A stretch of DNA of 46,974 bases from a virus (IMGVR_UViG_3300038679_000353:1-46974), one strand, 5' to 3'. Positions 35,901-44,985 are shown, numbered from the stretch's first letter. The notes: a model not told the origin generated them from the sequence alone. Numbers and translations are program-made.

Positions 35901-36833
35901 TTTATCGACTACGAAGACCTCACCGCATTCGAGAAAGACACGATGAAGAAGGTCTTCCCCTTCTACACCTGGTTACGAAGGAATATCGCAAACCAGGTAG
36001 GGCAGATTGTCGCGGTGGAGAACTGGCCGACGATGGCGCTCCCTCAGAAGCTTATACGGAGCTTCAAGGATACGTCCGTCGATATGGCAAAGATGCCAGG
36101 CTATCAACGGGAAGAGGGGGCAGTCCCGGTAGGCCGTGACGATGATGACAACATAATATTCATGTACCCCCAGCTTCCCATGAATGACATCAATAAGCTG
36201 CCTTTTCGTTCTGGCTCCACGCTCAAGGAAGCGCTTGGCAACAGCTTTGATTCCTTCATGAATACGATGATCGACTCAGCCCATCCTTTCCTGAAAGCGG
36301 GACTCTCGATGTACGACTATGTGAACAAGGATGAGCGCGACAAGCGGAAGAAGGAGACCTCCGGGACTGCCGAAGACATGGCGCTTGCCGTCACTGATTC
36401 GGTATTGCGGCTCTTTGGCGAGAAGGCTGCCGAACGCGGAGAAAACGGCAGGCTCATGGTTGATTCCGATGTCCTTGAGACCATCCGGGCTTTAGCCCCG
36501 CAAGTGAGAACCATAGACCGCTTGCTTTCTGGTCCGAAAACTGTTACAACTGTATTGTCTTTAGATACAGATGAAGTGTTGTCGGAAGTAGCCGCGCAAG
36601 CAACCAAGGCTGACAAGACTAGGGTCTTATGGAATGCACTATCGTTCTATGCAGGAATCAGGGGAACGGTCGTAAACGAGAAAGAAGAGCGATACCGACG
36701 GGCGCAAGGAATCTACTATTCCGCGCTCGATGAGAAGAATAAGGCAGAAAAAAAGACATCCGGCTACAAATCCAGATCGCTGAAATCACGGCGGCACATG
36801 GAGAAGACATATAGGAGGCTAGGACTGCTGTGA
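32994..36833 (+). CDS. Large internal virion / DNA-ejection protein
   Basis: 1279 aa helical; ADIALDPANY, NPGFHLRN and DY..LT.FE...MKKVFPFYTW motifs seen in large podovirus core proteins. Confidence 0.65.
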   Translation: MTLDEYRRRRNGSAGISPETSAYVAWSRQKRQEDEKRHTPLEWAVNLLNAGNNITANTTENVMQSLQGRNVPFSEYVQDLFQSFTPEGEKSFRKVFWGDEAETDYRGMFGQGGIKGGSGGFGGKAFRWATGTLADIALDPANYISFGATNAAKAAAQSAAELKLVARAANPIVDTKLFREGFDKGFLAKLQDAGKSSEALEYAQKWAKDGTFAKEYNRYYKEALRKSKDELKRDFLKTLDNKPFNPQEELVASRVKGWAGSYDQALEKRVNELAAKGDYSRYKGVKGAKKEKGLSTIIGNESETLRKGLLEKTESKRAFIGENTHAIQKAASEVVRAKLRGDTDILASVKNPTIRNLFAGDKGLLSHLENSDLYSKVNLAEWENPLLSLDHAGESAFKLFRKELNSKTHEGFNNAAKQWDAFKTAIGNTQNVLGKKGSTYSDAWWSLMNTSIVGRTRRLLGFSNPYETMLKVKERDASETMEYSIQKSVGDIQERLKAFSDDDKLDYVYVKSLKERIGQKEKYAGMDFATFIRATSDKVQSDTGHAIEITDESLDALAKIDKEVGSIFANLKESEDVWSALGYSNEIRELPDYLTFVSQGGKPAPVGPGTKLGTEAQSFTKTKKKGLYRSIAEQTSALRDIVDMPDEQIAGLFSDNVTSTNMNLDEILASRVIQHYKLSRRVDMIEAFKPFGIRLDEITVPSQHVDPFSRSHTKGQGFIAFSDESGEALKAAKKEGRAMQGNLASEEYAGLMGLESVDDAYFDGYLFDQNVASIIDRTIKFSSNDPDVQALQNVFSGYTHLWKTTVTSNPGFHLRNFYSNMATLFQQHGLDAIDGEAAKDAAIATIVSLNGVTKAAERLGMSEEVIRSALGKTYGSHTLGELAEYARKKGIISMTFGGRDTKEAVVDLLGTGNKNVLEVIGKASRDAGSHIESFAKMDSFLIGAKKMAKNGEPITPTMLEYAKNESKKWFIDYEDLTAFEKDTMKKVFPFYTWLRRNIANQVGQIVAVENWPTMALPQKLIRSFKDTSVDMAKMPGYQREEGAVPVGRDDDDNIIFMYPQLPMNDINKLPFRSGSTLKEALGNSFDSFMNTMIDSAHPFLKAGLSMYDYVNKDERDKRKKETSGTAEDMALAVTDSVLRLFGEKAAERGENGRLMVDSDVLETIRALAPQVRTIDRLLSGPKTVTTVLSLDTDEVLSEVAAQATKADKTRVLWNALSFYAGIRGTVVNEKEERYRRAQGIYYSALDEKNKAEKKTSGYKSRSLKSRRHMEKTYRRLGLL

Positions 36834-38005
36834 GGACTCTTTCTGACGTCGAAAAAATACGAAGGGAAGAGGCGGCCAGAAGGCAGGAGTCAGCCGTCAC
36901 AGGGCTTCCTCCCGGCTATATCTTCGGCCTTGAACTCTCGATTAGAAACAATACCCCGTATCTTTCCCCAGGTGTCGCATCTATTCGAGGGTCCCTCGTT
37001 ACCGTCACGAAAGAACAGGCGATCACAAGCGACTTCTGGGAAGTAACACGCAAAGCCTCATCGGGATACTTCGTCTATGTGAGCATTTCAGGAAAGCTCA
37101 CTGTGGAGCGCGTAGCCCCTGTCATAGAGCCGGGACAGTACTACTACAAGAACCCCGTCACAGGTGCGCGGCATTTGGGTGGCTTGCAGACAAACGATGC
37201 AGGAATCCTCATGCGTGTTGTGGCTCGCGATCCTCTTTACATTGGAGCGTCCACCACCTTTGAGAAAGGCTACGATCCTGTGGGTAAGCTTGATTCAATG
37301 GGCGGTCGTTATGCAACCTCCGATGGTGAGCGATCGAAGCTTGAGATATTTCCTGACGGGAAGCATGCACTACGGGTACGACGGTGGGACAGCCTGTCGT
37401 CCTCCTACAAGGATGTCTTGAAAGTCCTCGTGGACGGCCAGAACGAAGGCGATATCATCATTGGCCGCTACGATTCAGGCTTTTCAGGAGCACAGTGGGA
37501 TGAAAGCGAAGCAACCTTAAAGCTTCGCGGGAAAATGTACCAGGAAGACGGTGTTGAGTATCCAACCACAGATACAGTGAGCCGCTTCTTCTATGGGGAC
37601 CGCCCGTTGGGTCCCTACAGCGCCAATGATTTCTGGGTCACGGATGGAGCTCTCTTTCGTGCAACGATCACAAGGATAGAAGGCGAAGGCCTTGAAACCG
37701 ATTGGATATGGTACTTAAAGCCAAACCTTATCTCGGATATCCAGTCAACAAATGGCGACAAGTTCAGACCAGGACAATCGGTGTCCACAACGCTTTCCGC
37801 ACGGGTATTCAAAAATGGCCAGGAAATCACCGACACCCTGCCTGATTCCGCGTTCACCTGGAAGCGGCGTTCGGTAATTCCACAGAGCCCCCCTTCAGAT
37901 GATGCCTCCTGGAATTATAACCACGCATCAGGGTACCGAGCTGTGGAGGTCACAACCGACAGTATCTATGCACGAGCGACATATACGCTCGAAATCTTGG
38001 AATAA
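36830..38005 (+). CDS. Putative tail / fibre-anchoring protein
   Basis: C-terminal STNGDKFR...TTLSARVFKNGQEITD...FTWKRRS...DASWN Ig-like domain typical of phage tail proteins. Confidence 0.6.
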   Translation: MRTLSDVEKIRREEAARRQESAVTGLPPGYIFGLELSIRNNTPYLSPGVASIRGSLVTVTKEQAITSDFWEVTRKASSGYFVYVSISGKLTVERVAPVIEPGQYYYKNPVTGARHLGGLQTNDAGILMRVVARDPLYIGASTTFEKGYDPVGKLDSMGGRYATSDGERSKLEIFPDGKHALRVRRWDSLSSSYKDVLKVLVDGQNEGDIIIGRYDSGFSGAQWDESEATLKLRGKMYQEDGVEYPTTDTVSRFFYGDRPLGPYSANDFWVTDGALFRATITRIEGEGLETDWIWYLKPNLISDIQSTNGDKFRPGQSVSTTLSARVFKNGQEITDTLPDSAFTWKRRSVIPQSPPSDDASWNYNHASGYRAVEVTTDSIYARATYTLEILE

Positions 38006-38014
38006 GGAGAACGA

Positions 38015-39361
38015 ATGGGCGTTGTATCAACGAGTCAATTTACCCTGTACGATCACAATGACGCGGCTCCTGTCACCGCGTTTCTCTCGGCATCGAAGGG
38101 GTTGAGCCAGGTCTACACGAAGGATGAGTCTCAGACCTCTTACGTCCCTGATTACACCTCGACGGCGAATGTTCTTACCGCCTATGTCTATGTCAACGGC
38201 GTGAATGTCGCAGGAACCCTCTCGAATCGAAAATGGGGAACATCTATCGGCGCTTCCGACCTCGGAACGAATGTCGTGACGATCAACAAGGCGACGAACA
38301 TTGATCCAGCAAATCCGATCTACCAGATATATTTCGAAGGCGACTATACCGATCCTGTAACGGGTCTTGTGACGCACGTCAATTCCTCGATCTCGCTTTC
38401 CTGCGTGAAGTCAGGCTCGAATGCTGTCTTCATTCAAGTAAACGGTCAGCTTGTCATCGAGAATGCCTCCGCAGGAGCCAAGAACAATGCGACCGTAACC
38501 GCCGATCTCATGCGTGCCGCTGGCGTAGACAATACGGGCGTCACCTATAAATGGTTTGTTACTCCCTTTGCCGCCGCAAATCAGCTTGACGCGAATCATG
38601 CCGATGTCCTTGCAAGCAAGTACAGCTTCAAGACGACAGCAGGAGGAGCCGCAGGAAACCCTGCCGATGGAGCATGGGCAGATGTCAAATCGATTGTGAT
38701 CCGCGAGGATGCCATAGCAGACATCGGCCTTTACATGATCCAGGCGAAGGACAACGACGGGAATACCTACACTGCGTATTTCCAGGTCTATGACGTTTCC
38801 GACCCCTACGACGTGAAAATCAACGCTTCGAACGGACAGGTCTTCCAGAATGGCACAGGGACAAAGAACCTCACACCCGAGGTATGGTATGGCGGCACAA
38901 AGGTAGCCGACACCTCCGCATACACGTATCAATGGCGGCTGTATGACAAGAACGGCAAGCGCTCCGGCTTTATCGATACGGCGAAGACCTCGGCAGCGAA
39001 AGCCATTTCTGCGCATACAACAGGCTCTACTGCGGCCTTCACGATTGCCGCACTTGCTTCTGCTCCCATCGCCGGGGATGTCGTGCGGGTCATCAGCGCA
39101 GACGGGCTTTCCATCGAATCTTTCGAAGTAGGCTCAGGATCTACAACGACATCAGTAGTCATACGGGCGGCGATCAACGGTTTCTCGACAAACTATCCAA
39201 CCACCTCGCAGTACGTCGGAGGCAAGCTCTGGATGTATGTAGGAACAGGCGCGACTGCTGGGGAGAAAAGCACAGCCGGAACCGCAGCACTCGCTGTCAC
39301 CGGGGATGACATCGACGGAATGGGCGTCGTCTATGTCGATGCCAACAACCCGAATTACTAA
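38015..39361 (+). CDS. Tail-associated structural protein with Ig-like domains
   Basis: T/A/G-rich beta protein; SQFTLYDHND start, DVSDPYDV..ASNGQVFQNG...YQW motif. Confidence 0.65.
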   Translation: MGVVSTSQFTLYDHNDAAPVTAFLSASKGLSQVYTKDESQTSYVPDYTSTANVLTAYVYVNGVNVAGTLSNRKWGTSIGASDLGTNVVTINKATNIDPANPIYQIYFEGDYTDPVTGLVTHVNSSISLSCVKSGSNAVFIQVNGQLVIENASAGAKNNATVTADLMRAAGVDNTGVTYKWFVTPFAAANQLDANHADVLASKYSFKTTAGGAAGNPADGAWADVKSIVIREDAIADIGLYMIQAKDNDGNTYTAYFQVYDVSDPYDVKINASNGQVFQNGTGTKNLTPEVWYGGTKVADTSAYTYQWRLYDKNGKRSGFIDTAKTSAAKAISAHTTGSTAAFTIAALASAPIAGDVVRVISADGLSIESFEVGSGSTTTSVVIRAAINGFSTNYPTTSQYVGGKLWMYVGTGATAGEKSTAGTAALAVTGDDIDGMGVVYVDANNPNY

Positions 39362-39370
39362 GGATATTGA

Positions 39371-40708
39371 ATGGGTGTGGTAGGCTCCGGTAAAGAAACG
39401 CTTTTTGACGCGAATGACTCACCTATTGCCTCTCTCTCACTGGATAGGTGTTCCCTCCCTGCCGATGCCGCAGGAAATGTCACGAGCTTTTCCGGAGCTG
39501 TCTCCACCTTAAGCATTCTTCTTTCAGGCGTTGATGATTCTGCAAAATGGACCGTAACGGTAGCCGTTTCAGGACTTTCGGGATCGCTTGCCGAGAAGAC
39601 CTACACCGTCACAACGATGACCGCTGATTCAGGCTATGTAGACTTTACGGCGAAGCGAGCTGGATACGCTGATCTTATGAAGCGGTTCCATGTCGGAAAG
39701 GTGAAGCAAGGAGAGCAAGGACCTCAAGGGACCTGGGATCAAACACCCATCACTTCCACTCAAATTCAAGATGGAGCAATCTCGACTCCGAAGCTGGCAG
39801 CGAATGCTGTCACGGCAGCAAAGATCGATGTGACTGATCTCTTCGCTCAGAACATCCATGCCACCGGGACAATTCAGGGCGCAACGATAAAGAATGCTCC
39901 CGGGAATATAGCTATAAAATCCGATGATGCGGTTTTTGGAGATGGCATAGTAATTGGAAATCAGGCAAGCGCTTTGGCTACGCCTTCTGTTGGAGACTCC
40001 CTGACTTCAATTTATCATGCTGGTGGAAAAAGCGTTCAGATAGAAACGAGATTCTCGCCTGCGGGAAACAGTTACGATGCTTCACGGCGTGTTTCACATT
40101 GGTCTAATCCTTCTGTTGCTGGAACGTATTGGGGCATTTTCGGTGACAAGGGATCAGATTCTCTCCGGATGTTTGGTCAGTCGATTGGCGACAACAATAT
40201 CTTTGCAATTGAATCCCTGCTTCGAGGCGGCTCTCTCAGTCTTATACGCTTCCGGCATCTGTACGGTGGCGACTTCGACATTTACCCACAGGTATCTGGT
40301 GGAAATGCGAATCTCGGTATTTCTGGTTTTCCTTTCCACAACGGTGTTTTCTCTGGAACGGTTTCAGCACCAAGCTTTGCCGGAATTGCGACTGGCGCAG
40401 ATGTAAATTTCTCCACAACCGTCCCGGCCAACACGAGTTTCACTCTAGATAGCACTCCAATAGGAGTACTTGCGATCCAGGTCTTTGCTGCATCCACGGC
40501 AAACACGGCCTATTCGATCACGCTCCCTGGTGGTGGTACTTGGGATTGGGTGGTGACTTATGGTGGTACATACTATAGCAGCGCCACAGCAACGGCTGGC
40601 TGGTCTTATTCTGGCCGGGGAACCTCGGGTGGAACCGGAATTGCAACCTTTAACAAGGGAGGTTCCGGCATACTCTCCGGCATCGTCCTCTACCGCAGAA
40701 CGGCATAA
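39371..40708 (+). CDS. Tail fibre / receptor-binding protein
   Basis: GEQGPQG, IQDGAISTPKLAANAVTAAKI repeat, Gly/Ser/Thr-rich C-terminal domain. Confidence 0.7.
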   Translation: MGVVGSGKETLFDANDSPIASLSLDRCSLPADAAGNVTSFSGAVSTLSILLSGVDDSAKWTVTVAVSGLSGSLAEKTYTVTTMTADSGYVDFTAKRAGYADLMKRFHVGKVKQGEQGPQGTWDQTPITSTQIQDGAISTPKLAANAVTAAKIDVTDLFAQNIHATGTIQGATIKNAPGNIAIKSDDAVFGDGIVIGNQASALATPSVGDSLTSIYHAGGKSVQIETRFSPAGNSYDASRRVSHWSNPSVAGTYWGIFGDKGSDSLRMFGQSIGDNNIFAIESLLRGGSLSLIRFRHLYGGDFDIYPQVSGGNANLGISGFPFHNGVFSGTVSAPSFAGIATGADVNFSTTVPANTSFTLDSTPIGVLAIQVFAASTANTAYSITLPGGGTWDWVVTYGGTYYSSATATAGWSYSGRGTSGGTGIATFNKGGSGILSGIVLYRRTA

Positions 40709-40715
40709 GTGGAGA

Positions 40716-41219
40716 ATGGAAAATATGTTCAATTTCGGGTATTTCATTAGAAATTCCGAGGACAATTACACAGTCCTTATCAACAAGGAAAAACCATATA
40801 GCGGGTATAATGTCGTATCCAAAGATATCGACGCTTACAATAACTGCAACCTCGACGAAGTAAAGGCTTATGGCACAAAGCATCCCGAAATGGAACTTCC
40901 ACAATGGCCTATTCCACAAGCACCCACAACGCAGGAACTATGGGAGCAATTAAAGGCTGACGACTTTTCCCCGCTTACTACTACCGATGAGCAGAAAGCT
41001 TTTCTGTATCAGAACCTTCGATACAAGCTCCTTGGCGACGTGGAATCCGGTGAACTAGATATGATCCAGCCATTTCTGGAAACGTTAACCGCCGATGAAA
41101 TGAGCCAAAAGTACCTGCACTACATCGGTGACAATGACGAAAAGGCATTGTCGTACATGGTCGGAAAGCTGGAAGCAAAAAAATATATACGTAGTCTATT
41201 CCAAAAAAAGAGTATATGA
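40716..41219 (+). CDS. Hypothetical protein, possible tail-fibre assembly chaperone
   Basis: Follows the fibre gene; start set to ATG 40716 (40725 is an alternative). Confidence 0.5.
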   Translation: MENMFNFGYFIRNSEDNYTVLINKEKPYSGYNVVSKDIDAYNNCNLDEVKAYGTKHPEMELPQWPIPQAPTTQELWEQLKADDFSPLTTTDEQKAFLYQNLRYKLLGDVESGELDMIQPFLETLTADEMSQKYLHYIGDNDEKALSYMVGKLEAKKYIRSLFQKKSI

Positions 41220-41506
41220 CGATAACCCTACAAAACCTTGTGAGTGCCGCCGCATTGCTAGGCGTATTCTTTGCATACTCACAGTTTAAGTCGCAGAAGC
41301 GGGAGGCGTCTGTGAAAGAAGGCGTACACAAGAGAGAACATGAGCAACTAACGGCTGACCTTGCCTCAGCAAAAGCACGGCTTGATGCGATAGACCATGA
41401 GGTTCAGTCAGGGAAGGTGGACACTGCCGAAATCAAGACGGATATAAAACATATCCTCGCCGCACTTAAGGACATCCAGAAAAAACTAGACAGGGAGTGT
41501 ACATGA
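41216..41506 (+). CDS. Single-TM coiled-coil protein, holin/antiholin-like
   Basis: N-terminal TM (LVSAAALLGVFFAY) and coiled coil, directly upstream of the endolysin. Confidence 0.55.
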   Translation: MTITLQNLVSAAALLGVFFAYSQFKSQKREASVKEGVHKREHEQLTADLASAKARLDAIDHEVQSGKVDTAEIKTDIKHILAALKDIQKKLDRECT

Positions 41507-41988
41507 GCCGATCGCTTGCTGACTTGAAGGAGCCTTTTCGCTCGAAGGTTTATGCCTTCCTCGATGCACTCAATACCGATCCTCGGCTGAAGGATCTGGG
41601 AGTAGCCTGTTGCCTCATTGTGGAAACCCTGAGAGACATCGATGTGCAGCTTGCCTACGCTTCTCGGCTTATGGCGAAGTATGCCGCGACTGAATACTAC
41701 ATCATGGCTATCGATTTCGTGAAAACTATGTACCGCCGTGCTGGCCTGTATGCGATTGGAGATAAGGAAGCTCTTACTCCGATTACCTGGATAATGAAAA
41801 GCAAGCACTTGGAGGGATTGGCTATTGATGTCGCCCCTTCCCTGGATGGCAAGAATTTCTGGTGGGCTCCTCCTGCCTGGCCTGGATGGGAGATCATGGC
41901 CGAGATTGCGGTAAGGCACAGGATAGAACCCGGTTCACGGTGGAAAGGCCGTCATGATTGTCCGCACTTCGAGGAGAGGGCGTCATGA
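41503..41988 (+). CDS. Endolysin, M15-family (L-Ala-D-Glu) peptidase
   Basis: ETLR...Q, SKHLEGLAIDV, G..W...DCPHFE. Confidence 0.88.
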   Translation: MSRSLADLKEPFRSKVYAFLDALNTDPRLKDLGVACCLIVETLRDIDVQLAYASRLMAKYAATEYYIMAIDFVKTMYRRAGLYAIGDKEALTPITWIMKSKHLEGLAIDVAPSLDGKNFWWAPPAWPGWEIMAEIAVRHRIEPGSRWKGRHDCPHFEERAS

Positions 41989-42221
41989 AATCAGTCAAGA
42001 AGGGCGATTCCTGGAGAACGGGTATAGTAGTTCTCACCGGACTCTACCTCATTACGCTTGCCATCGCACCGTCGATTCTCGAAGTAGTGGGCGGTCCAAT
42101 CGTCTATGCGATCAGTTTTGCCACTGTGGGCTATATCAGCGGGAATGTGGCCGACAATGCGGTTAAAGGGCGGTTCTATCGCCCTGAACTTGATGAGAGG
42201 CAAGAATGTGTCGAAAGGTAG
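41985..42221 (+). CDS. Putative holin (2 TM)
   Basis: Two hydrophobic segments, YISGNVAD, charged tail; ATGA overlap with the endolysin stop. Confidence 0.65.
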   Translation: MKSVKKGDSWRTGIVVLTGLYLITLAIAPSILEVVGGPIVYAISFATVGYISGNVADNAVKGRFYRPELDERQECVER

Positions 42222-42664
42222 TATCCGTTGGTATGCTCTTGCTTGCCTCCTTGGCATCGTGTTGGGGGGAGGCGCGGTCATATGCTTTTATAGATCAACG
42301 CTCAGCAATCAACGTGCCGCCTTCGCAACCACTCTCGATGCTTTGGCAGAAAGCCGACGAATCGCTGACGATTATCGAAGAGAGCTTGATAGCGCAAGGC
42401 GAGCCAGTGGAGAACTTGTCGAAGAGCTTGGACGGAATTTACCAGAAATCGCAAGAATTGCATCAGAGCGTGAACGCGCTCTCGCTGCGGTTCGAGTCCT
42501 TCGAGGAATATTTGACCAGCTTAGACAGGAATATGGCTCAGGCTATCAAGAAGAGTAGGATATCGGAAGGCAAACTCATGATTTGGAAAACTTTATCTAT
42601 TTTAAGCATGTTCATAGGTATAGCAATCGCTTTACTTGATGGCATGCGATGGTACTGTTTTTAA
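42206..42664 (+). CDS. Spanin-like protein with possible lipobox and C-terminal TM
   Basis: MCRKVVSVGMLLLASLASC, coiled coil, C-terminal LMIWKTLSILSMFIGIAIALL. Confidence 0.5.
   Translation: MCRKVVSVGMLLLASLASCWGEARSYAFIDQRSAINVPPSQPLSMLWQKADESLTIIEESLIAQGEPVENLSKSLDGIYQKSQELHQSVNALSLRFESFEEYLTSLDRNMAQAIKKSRISEGKLMIWKTLSILSMFIGIAIALLDGMRWYCF
42208..42558 (+). CDS. i-spanin-like protein (N-terminal TM plus coiled coil)
   Basis: GTG 42208 in the 42106 frame; WYALACLLGIVLGGGAVICFY then heptad-rich helix; GAGAGG RBS. Confidence 0.55.
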   Translation: MSKGSIRWYALACLLGIVLGGGAVICFYRSTLSNQRAAFATTLDALAESRRIADDYRRELDSARRASGELVEELGRNLPEIARIASERERALAAVRVLRGIFDQLRQEYGSGYQEE

Positions 42665-42740
42665 TTGACAGCCTTAATATGTTGTGCCTAGACTATGCTT
42701 AGTTTTATCTAACCGGATAAAATATAAAAAGGATAATAAA

Positions 42741-43346
42741 ATGACGCTATCTGTAGAGAGTTTCTTAAAAGCTTTTTCTGATATTTGGCAACGAGAACAA
42801 AATAAAGCTAATTCCCTTTCAAACCGTAACCCTTGGGAGATAAATCTACGAAAGCAGTGGACAGAATATATTCTTAGCAAGGAAAGCGGTTTATTAAGTC
42901 AAATGACTTCAAGCTTTCATAAAATAGATCCAAACATGGTTTATACACGGGAATGGTATACAGTCGATGGCCTCTTTATTGGGGGAAGCGAAATAATAAG
43001 AGAAGGTAGCTGGGGATACCCATCGTCGATATATACTATTGTGGAACATGAACTTGATGAAAATATCGAGGAAGAAATCTGGAAATTGGCACATTGGAGA
43101 TGCCCACTAAAAGTACTTATCCTCTATGACTGGGCGGAAAATGATAAAAGCACGACTGCCCGAACCACTTTTTTGGATAAAAAATTGAATAAAGCCTTCT
43201 CAATGATTGCGGAAATTTCAAGTCACTGGGCAGAAAATATAAACACTCGATACCTTTTCATAATCGGAACGAGAGAGGAATGCGCTAGCCCGATAAAATG
43301 GAAATACTGTACTGATGATGATAGGAATATAAAGATACTGGTATAA
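42741..43346 (+). CDS. AT-rich hypothetical protein, possible PD-(D/E)XK-fold nuclease
   Basis: REWYTVD...IVEHE...EEIWKL...LKVLILY; start set to ATG 42741. Confidence 0.45.
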   Translation: MTLSVESFLKAFSDIWQREQNKANSLSNRNPWEINLRKQWTEYILSKESGLLSQMTSSFHKIDPNMVYTREWYTVDGLFIGGSEIIREGSWGYPSSIYTIVEHELDENIEEEIWKLAHWRCPLKVLILYDWAENDKSTTARTTFLDKKLNKAFSMIAEISSHWAENINTRYLFIIGTREECASPIKWKYCTDDDRNIKILV

Positions 43347-43369
43347 TAAAGTCTTTCAGGAGGCTTCAG

Positions 43370-43687
43370 ATGTCCAATAAAGTCGAGTTGCCTAGAGATT
43401 GGCAATGGGATGGTCGAAAGTTAAAACCACGAGTTGGAGCCAGCTCTTCTAATTCCTGGGAATTTGATGGTAAGCGATTCAAGCCTTGTATCGGGGCGAA
43501 TTCTTCGAATACATGGGAATTCGACGGAAAAAGGATTAAACCATTGTATGGAGCATCTTCTTCGAATTCATGGGAAGTTACTGCTACCCAATTGAAACCC
43601 TTATTTGGTGCTTCAAGTTCGAATACATGGGATCGCAACAATCAACCAATTGCTATTCTGATTGGAAAAGCAATCGGTCTTTATTAA
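43370..43687 (+). CDS. Small protein made of four tandem 19-aa Trp-containing repeats
   Basis: W(Q/E)(W/F)DG...KP..GA.SSN(S/T) x4 at 43400-43627; AGGAGG RBS. Confidence 0.75.
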   Translation: MSNKVELPRDWQWDGRKLKPRVGASSSNSWEFDGKRFKPCIGANSSNTWEFDGKRIKPLYGASSSNSWEVTATQLKPLFGASSSNTWDRNNQPIAILIGKAIGLY

Positions 43688-43696
43688 GGGAGAACC

Positions 43697-44386
43697 ATGT
43701 TTTATATACCTACTCAGAAACCGGAAGACTGGAAGCGGTTATTAGCTCAACCAGAAAAGCAATGGAAAGATGGCTATTCAGCTAAAGAATTAGCTGAAGC
43801 ATGGCAGAACGCATTGGATTTTCCTAAAATTGTCAGGAATGCCTTGGCAAGTAGCAAAATAGCTGAGGACAAGGAAATCCAGTTAATCCAGGGTATACCT
43901 GAGTATAAAGTTGATATCCCCGGAGGAATTAGAGCATCACAGAATGATCTCTTTGTATTAGCCAAAATTGGCAATGAATTAGTCGTCATCATGGTTGAAG
44001 GGAAACATCGGGAACCATTTGGTCCAACTGTTGCTGAATGGAAGGTAAAAGAAGGGTTCAGCGAGGGAAAACGATCAAGGCTAGACTATCTTGCCACAAC
44101 TCTAGATTTACCCCAATCGAATATAGATGAACTTCGTTATCAGCTTTTTCACAGGACAGTATCAGCGATTCTAACAGCACAAAAGTACTGTGTAAAAAAA
44201 GCGATTATGATGGTTCATACGTTCAGCATGAATAATGATTCGTATCCTGACTATGAAGCATTTGCAAAAATGCTTGGGTATAAACCAGCAATGAATTGTT
44301 TTACTGAGTATAAAGACAAATCCGGTATTCTTCTGTCTTTAGGGTGGGTCAATAATGAAGGGATAGGAGAAGAATGCCCTCAATAA
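43697..44386 (+). CDS. DUF6946-like putative PD-(D/E)XK nuclease
   Basis: SAKELAEAW, PEYKV...SQNDL...VEGK..EPFG, RYQLFHRT, VHTFS. Confidence 0.7.
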   Translation: MFYIPTQKPEDWKRLLAQPEKQWKDGYSAKELAEAWQNALDFPKIVRNALASSKIAEDKEIQLIQGIPEYKVDIPGGIRASQNDLFVLAKIGNELVVIMVEGKHREPFGPTVAEWKVKEGFSEGKRSRLDYLATTLDLPQSNIDELRYQLFHRTVSAILTAQKYCVKKAIMMVHTFSMNNDSYPDYEAFAKMLGYKPAMNCFTEYKDKSGILLSLGWVNNEGIGEECPQ

Positions 44387-44961
44387 AATGCCCCTTTTGC
44401 GGCAAACGGCATACGATACCTATCCAGTATGGTATGCCGACCTATGAAGCGTTCTTAGATGAGAAGTTAGGCAAAATAAGACTCGGTGGTTGCATAATCG
44501 ATGAAGATAATCCGAGTAGGTATTGTAAAGATTGCCATAAATCTTTTGGGAAGTACATCGCGATTTTTGAGAAAATAGAAAAAGTATTTTTCTTCATCGG
44601 CAGCTTTCTTGACGACAATCATTTTATAGATATTTTGCTGGAATCAGGTTCATATACCCTAGCCTATCGTCATTTATTGCCGCTTGAAAAAAAGAGCGGT
44701 TCCGAAAATGCGCCTATCGAAACGAAAAAGATCCTGACGGAAGAAGAAATAATCTACCTTCATGGAATCATAAATAAGCTCTACATCTGCGAATGGCCAC
44801 GTTCAAAGATCAATAAGGACATCCTTGACGGAACACAGTGGAGTATCGAAATCAAATACCAAGGTCGAAGAGTAATAAAAAAGCTCGGCAGTAACAAATT
44901 CCCTCCCTACTTCCCAGAGCTTAAAAAGGCTATGAGTACGTTGAGCGGAGGTGAATTGTAG
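44374..44961 (+). CDS. Hypothetical protein with N-terminal zinc ribbon
   Basis: CPFCG...PIQYGMP...LGGC...CKDC; C-terminal ILDGTQWSIEI...GSN..P. Confidence 0.65.
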   Translation: MPSIKCPFCGKRHTIPIQYGMPTYEAFLDEKLGKIRLGGCIIDEDNPSRYCKDCHKSFGKYIAIFEKIEKVFFFIGSFLDDNHFIDILLESGSYTLAYRHLLPLEKKSGSENAPIETKKILTEEEIIYLHGIINKLYICEWPRSKINKDILDGTQWSIEIKYQGRRVIKKLGSNKFPPYFPELKKAMSTLSGGEL

Positions 44962-44985
44962 AAACCGGAATAAAGGGGAAAACGC

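Noticed and set aside
32994-36833. N4-like virion RNA polymerase reading the triloop hairpins
   Set aside because: No RNA polymerase catalytic motifs recognised; sequence fits helical ejection proteins
39371-40708. Diversity-generating retroelement or invertible tail-fibre cassette
   Set aside because: No reverse transcriptase, template repeat, invertase or inverted fibre copy in the window
20669-41919. Numerous minus-strand and alternative-frame ORFs in the structural region
   Set aside because: Shadows of long, motif-supported plus-strand genes with no recognisable motifs; the same applies to plus-strand ORFs over 1667-5441 and 10361-13710
43400-43627. 57-bp DNA tandem repeat as a non-coding array
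   Set aside because: Period is a multiple of three and variation is largely synonymous within an ORF that has an RBS, so it is a protein repeat
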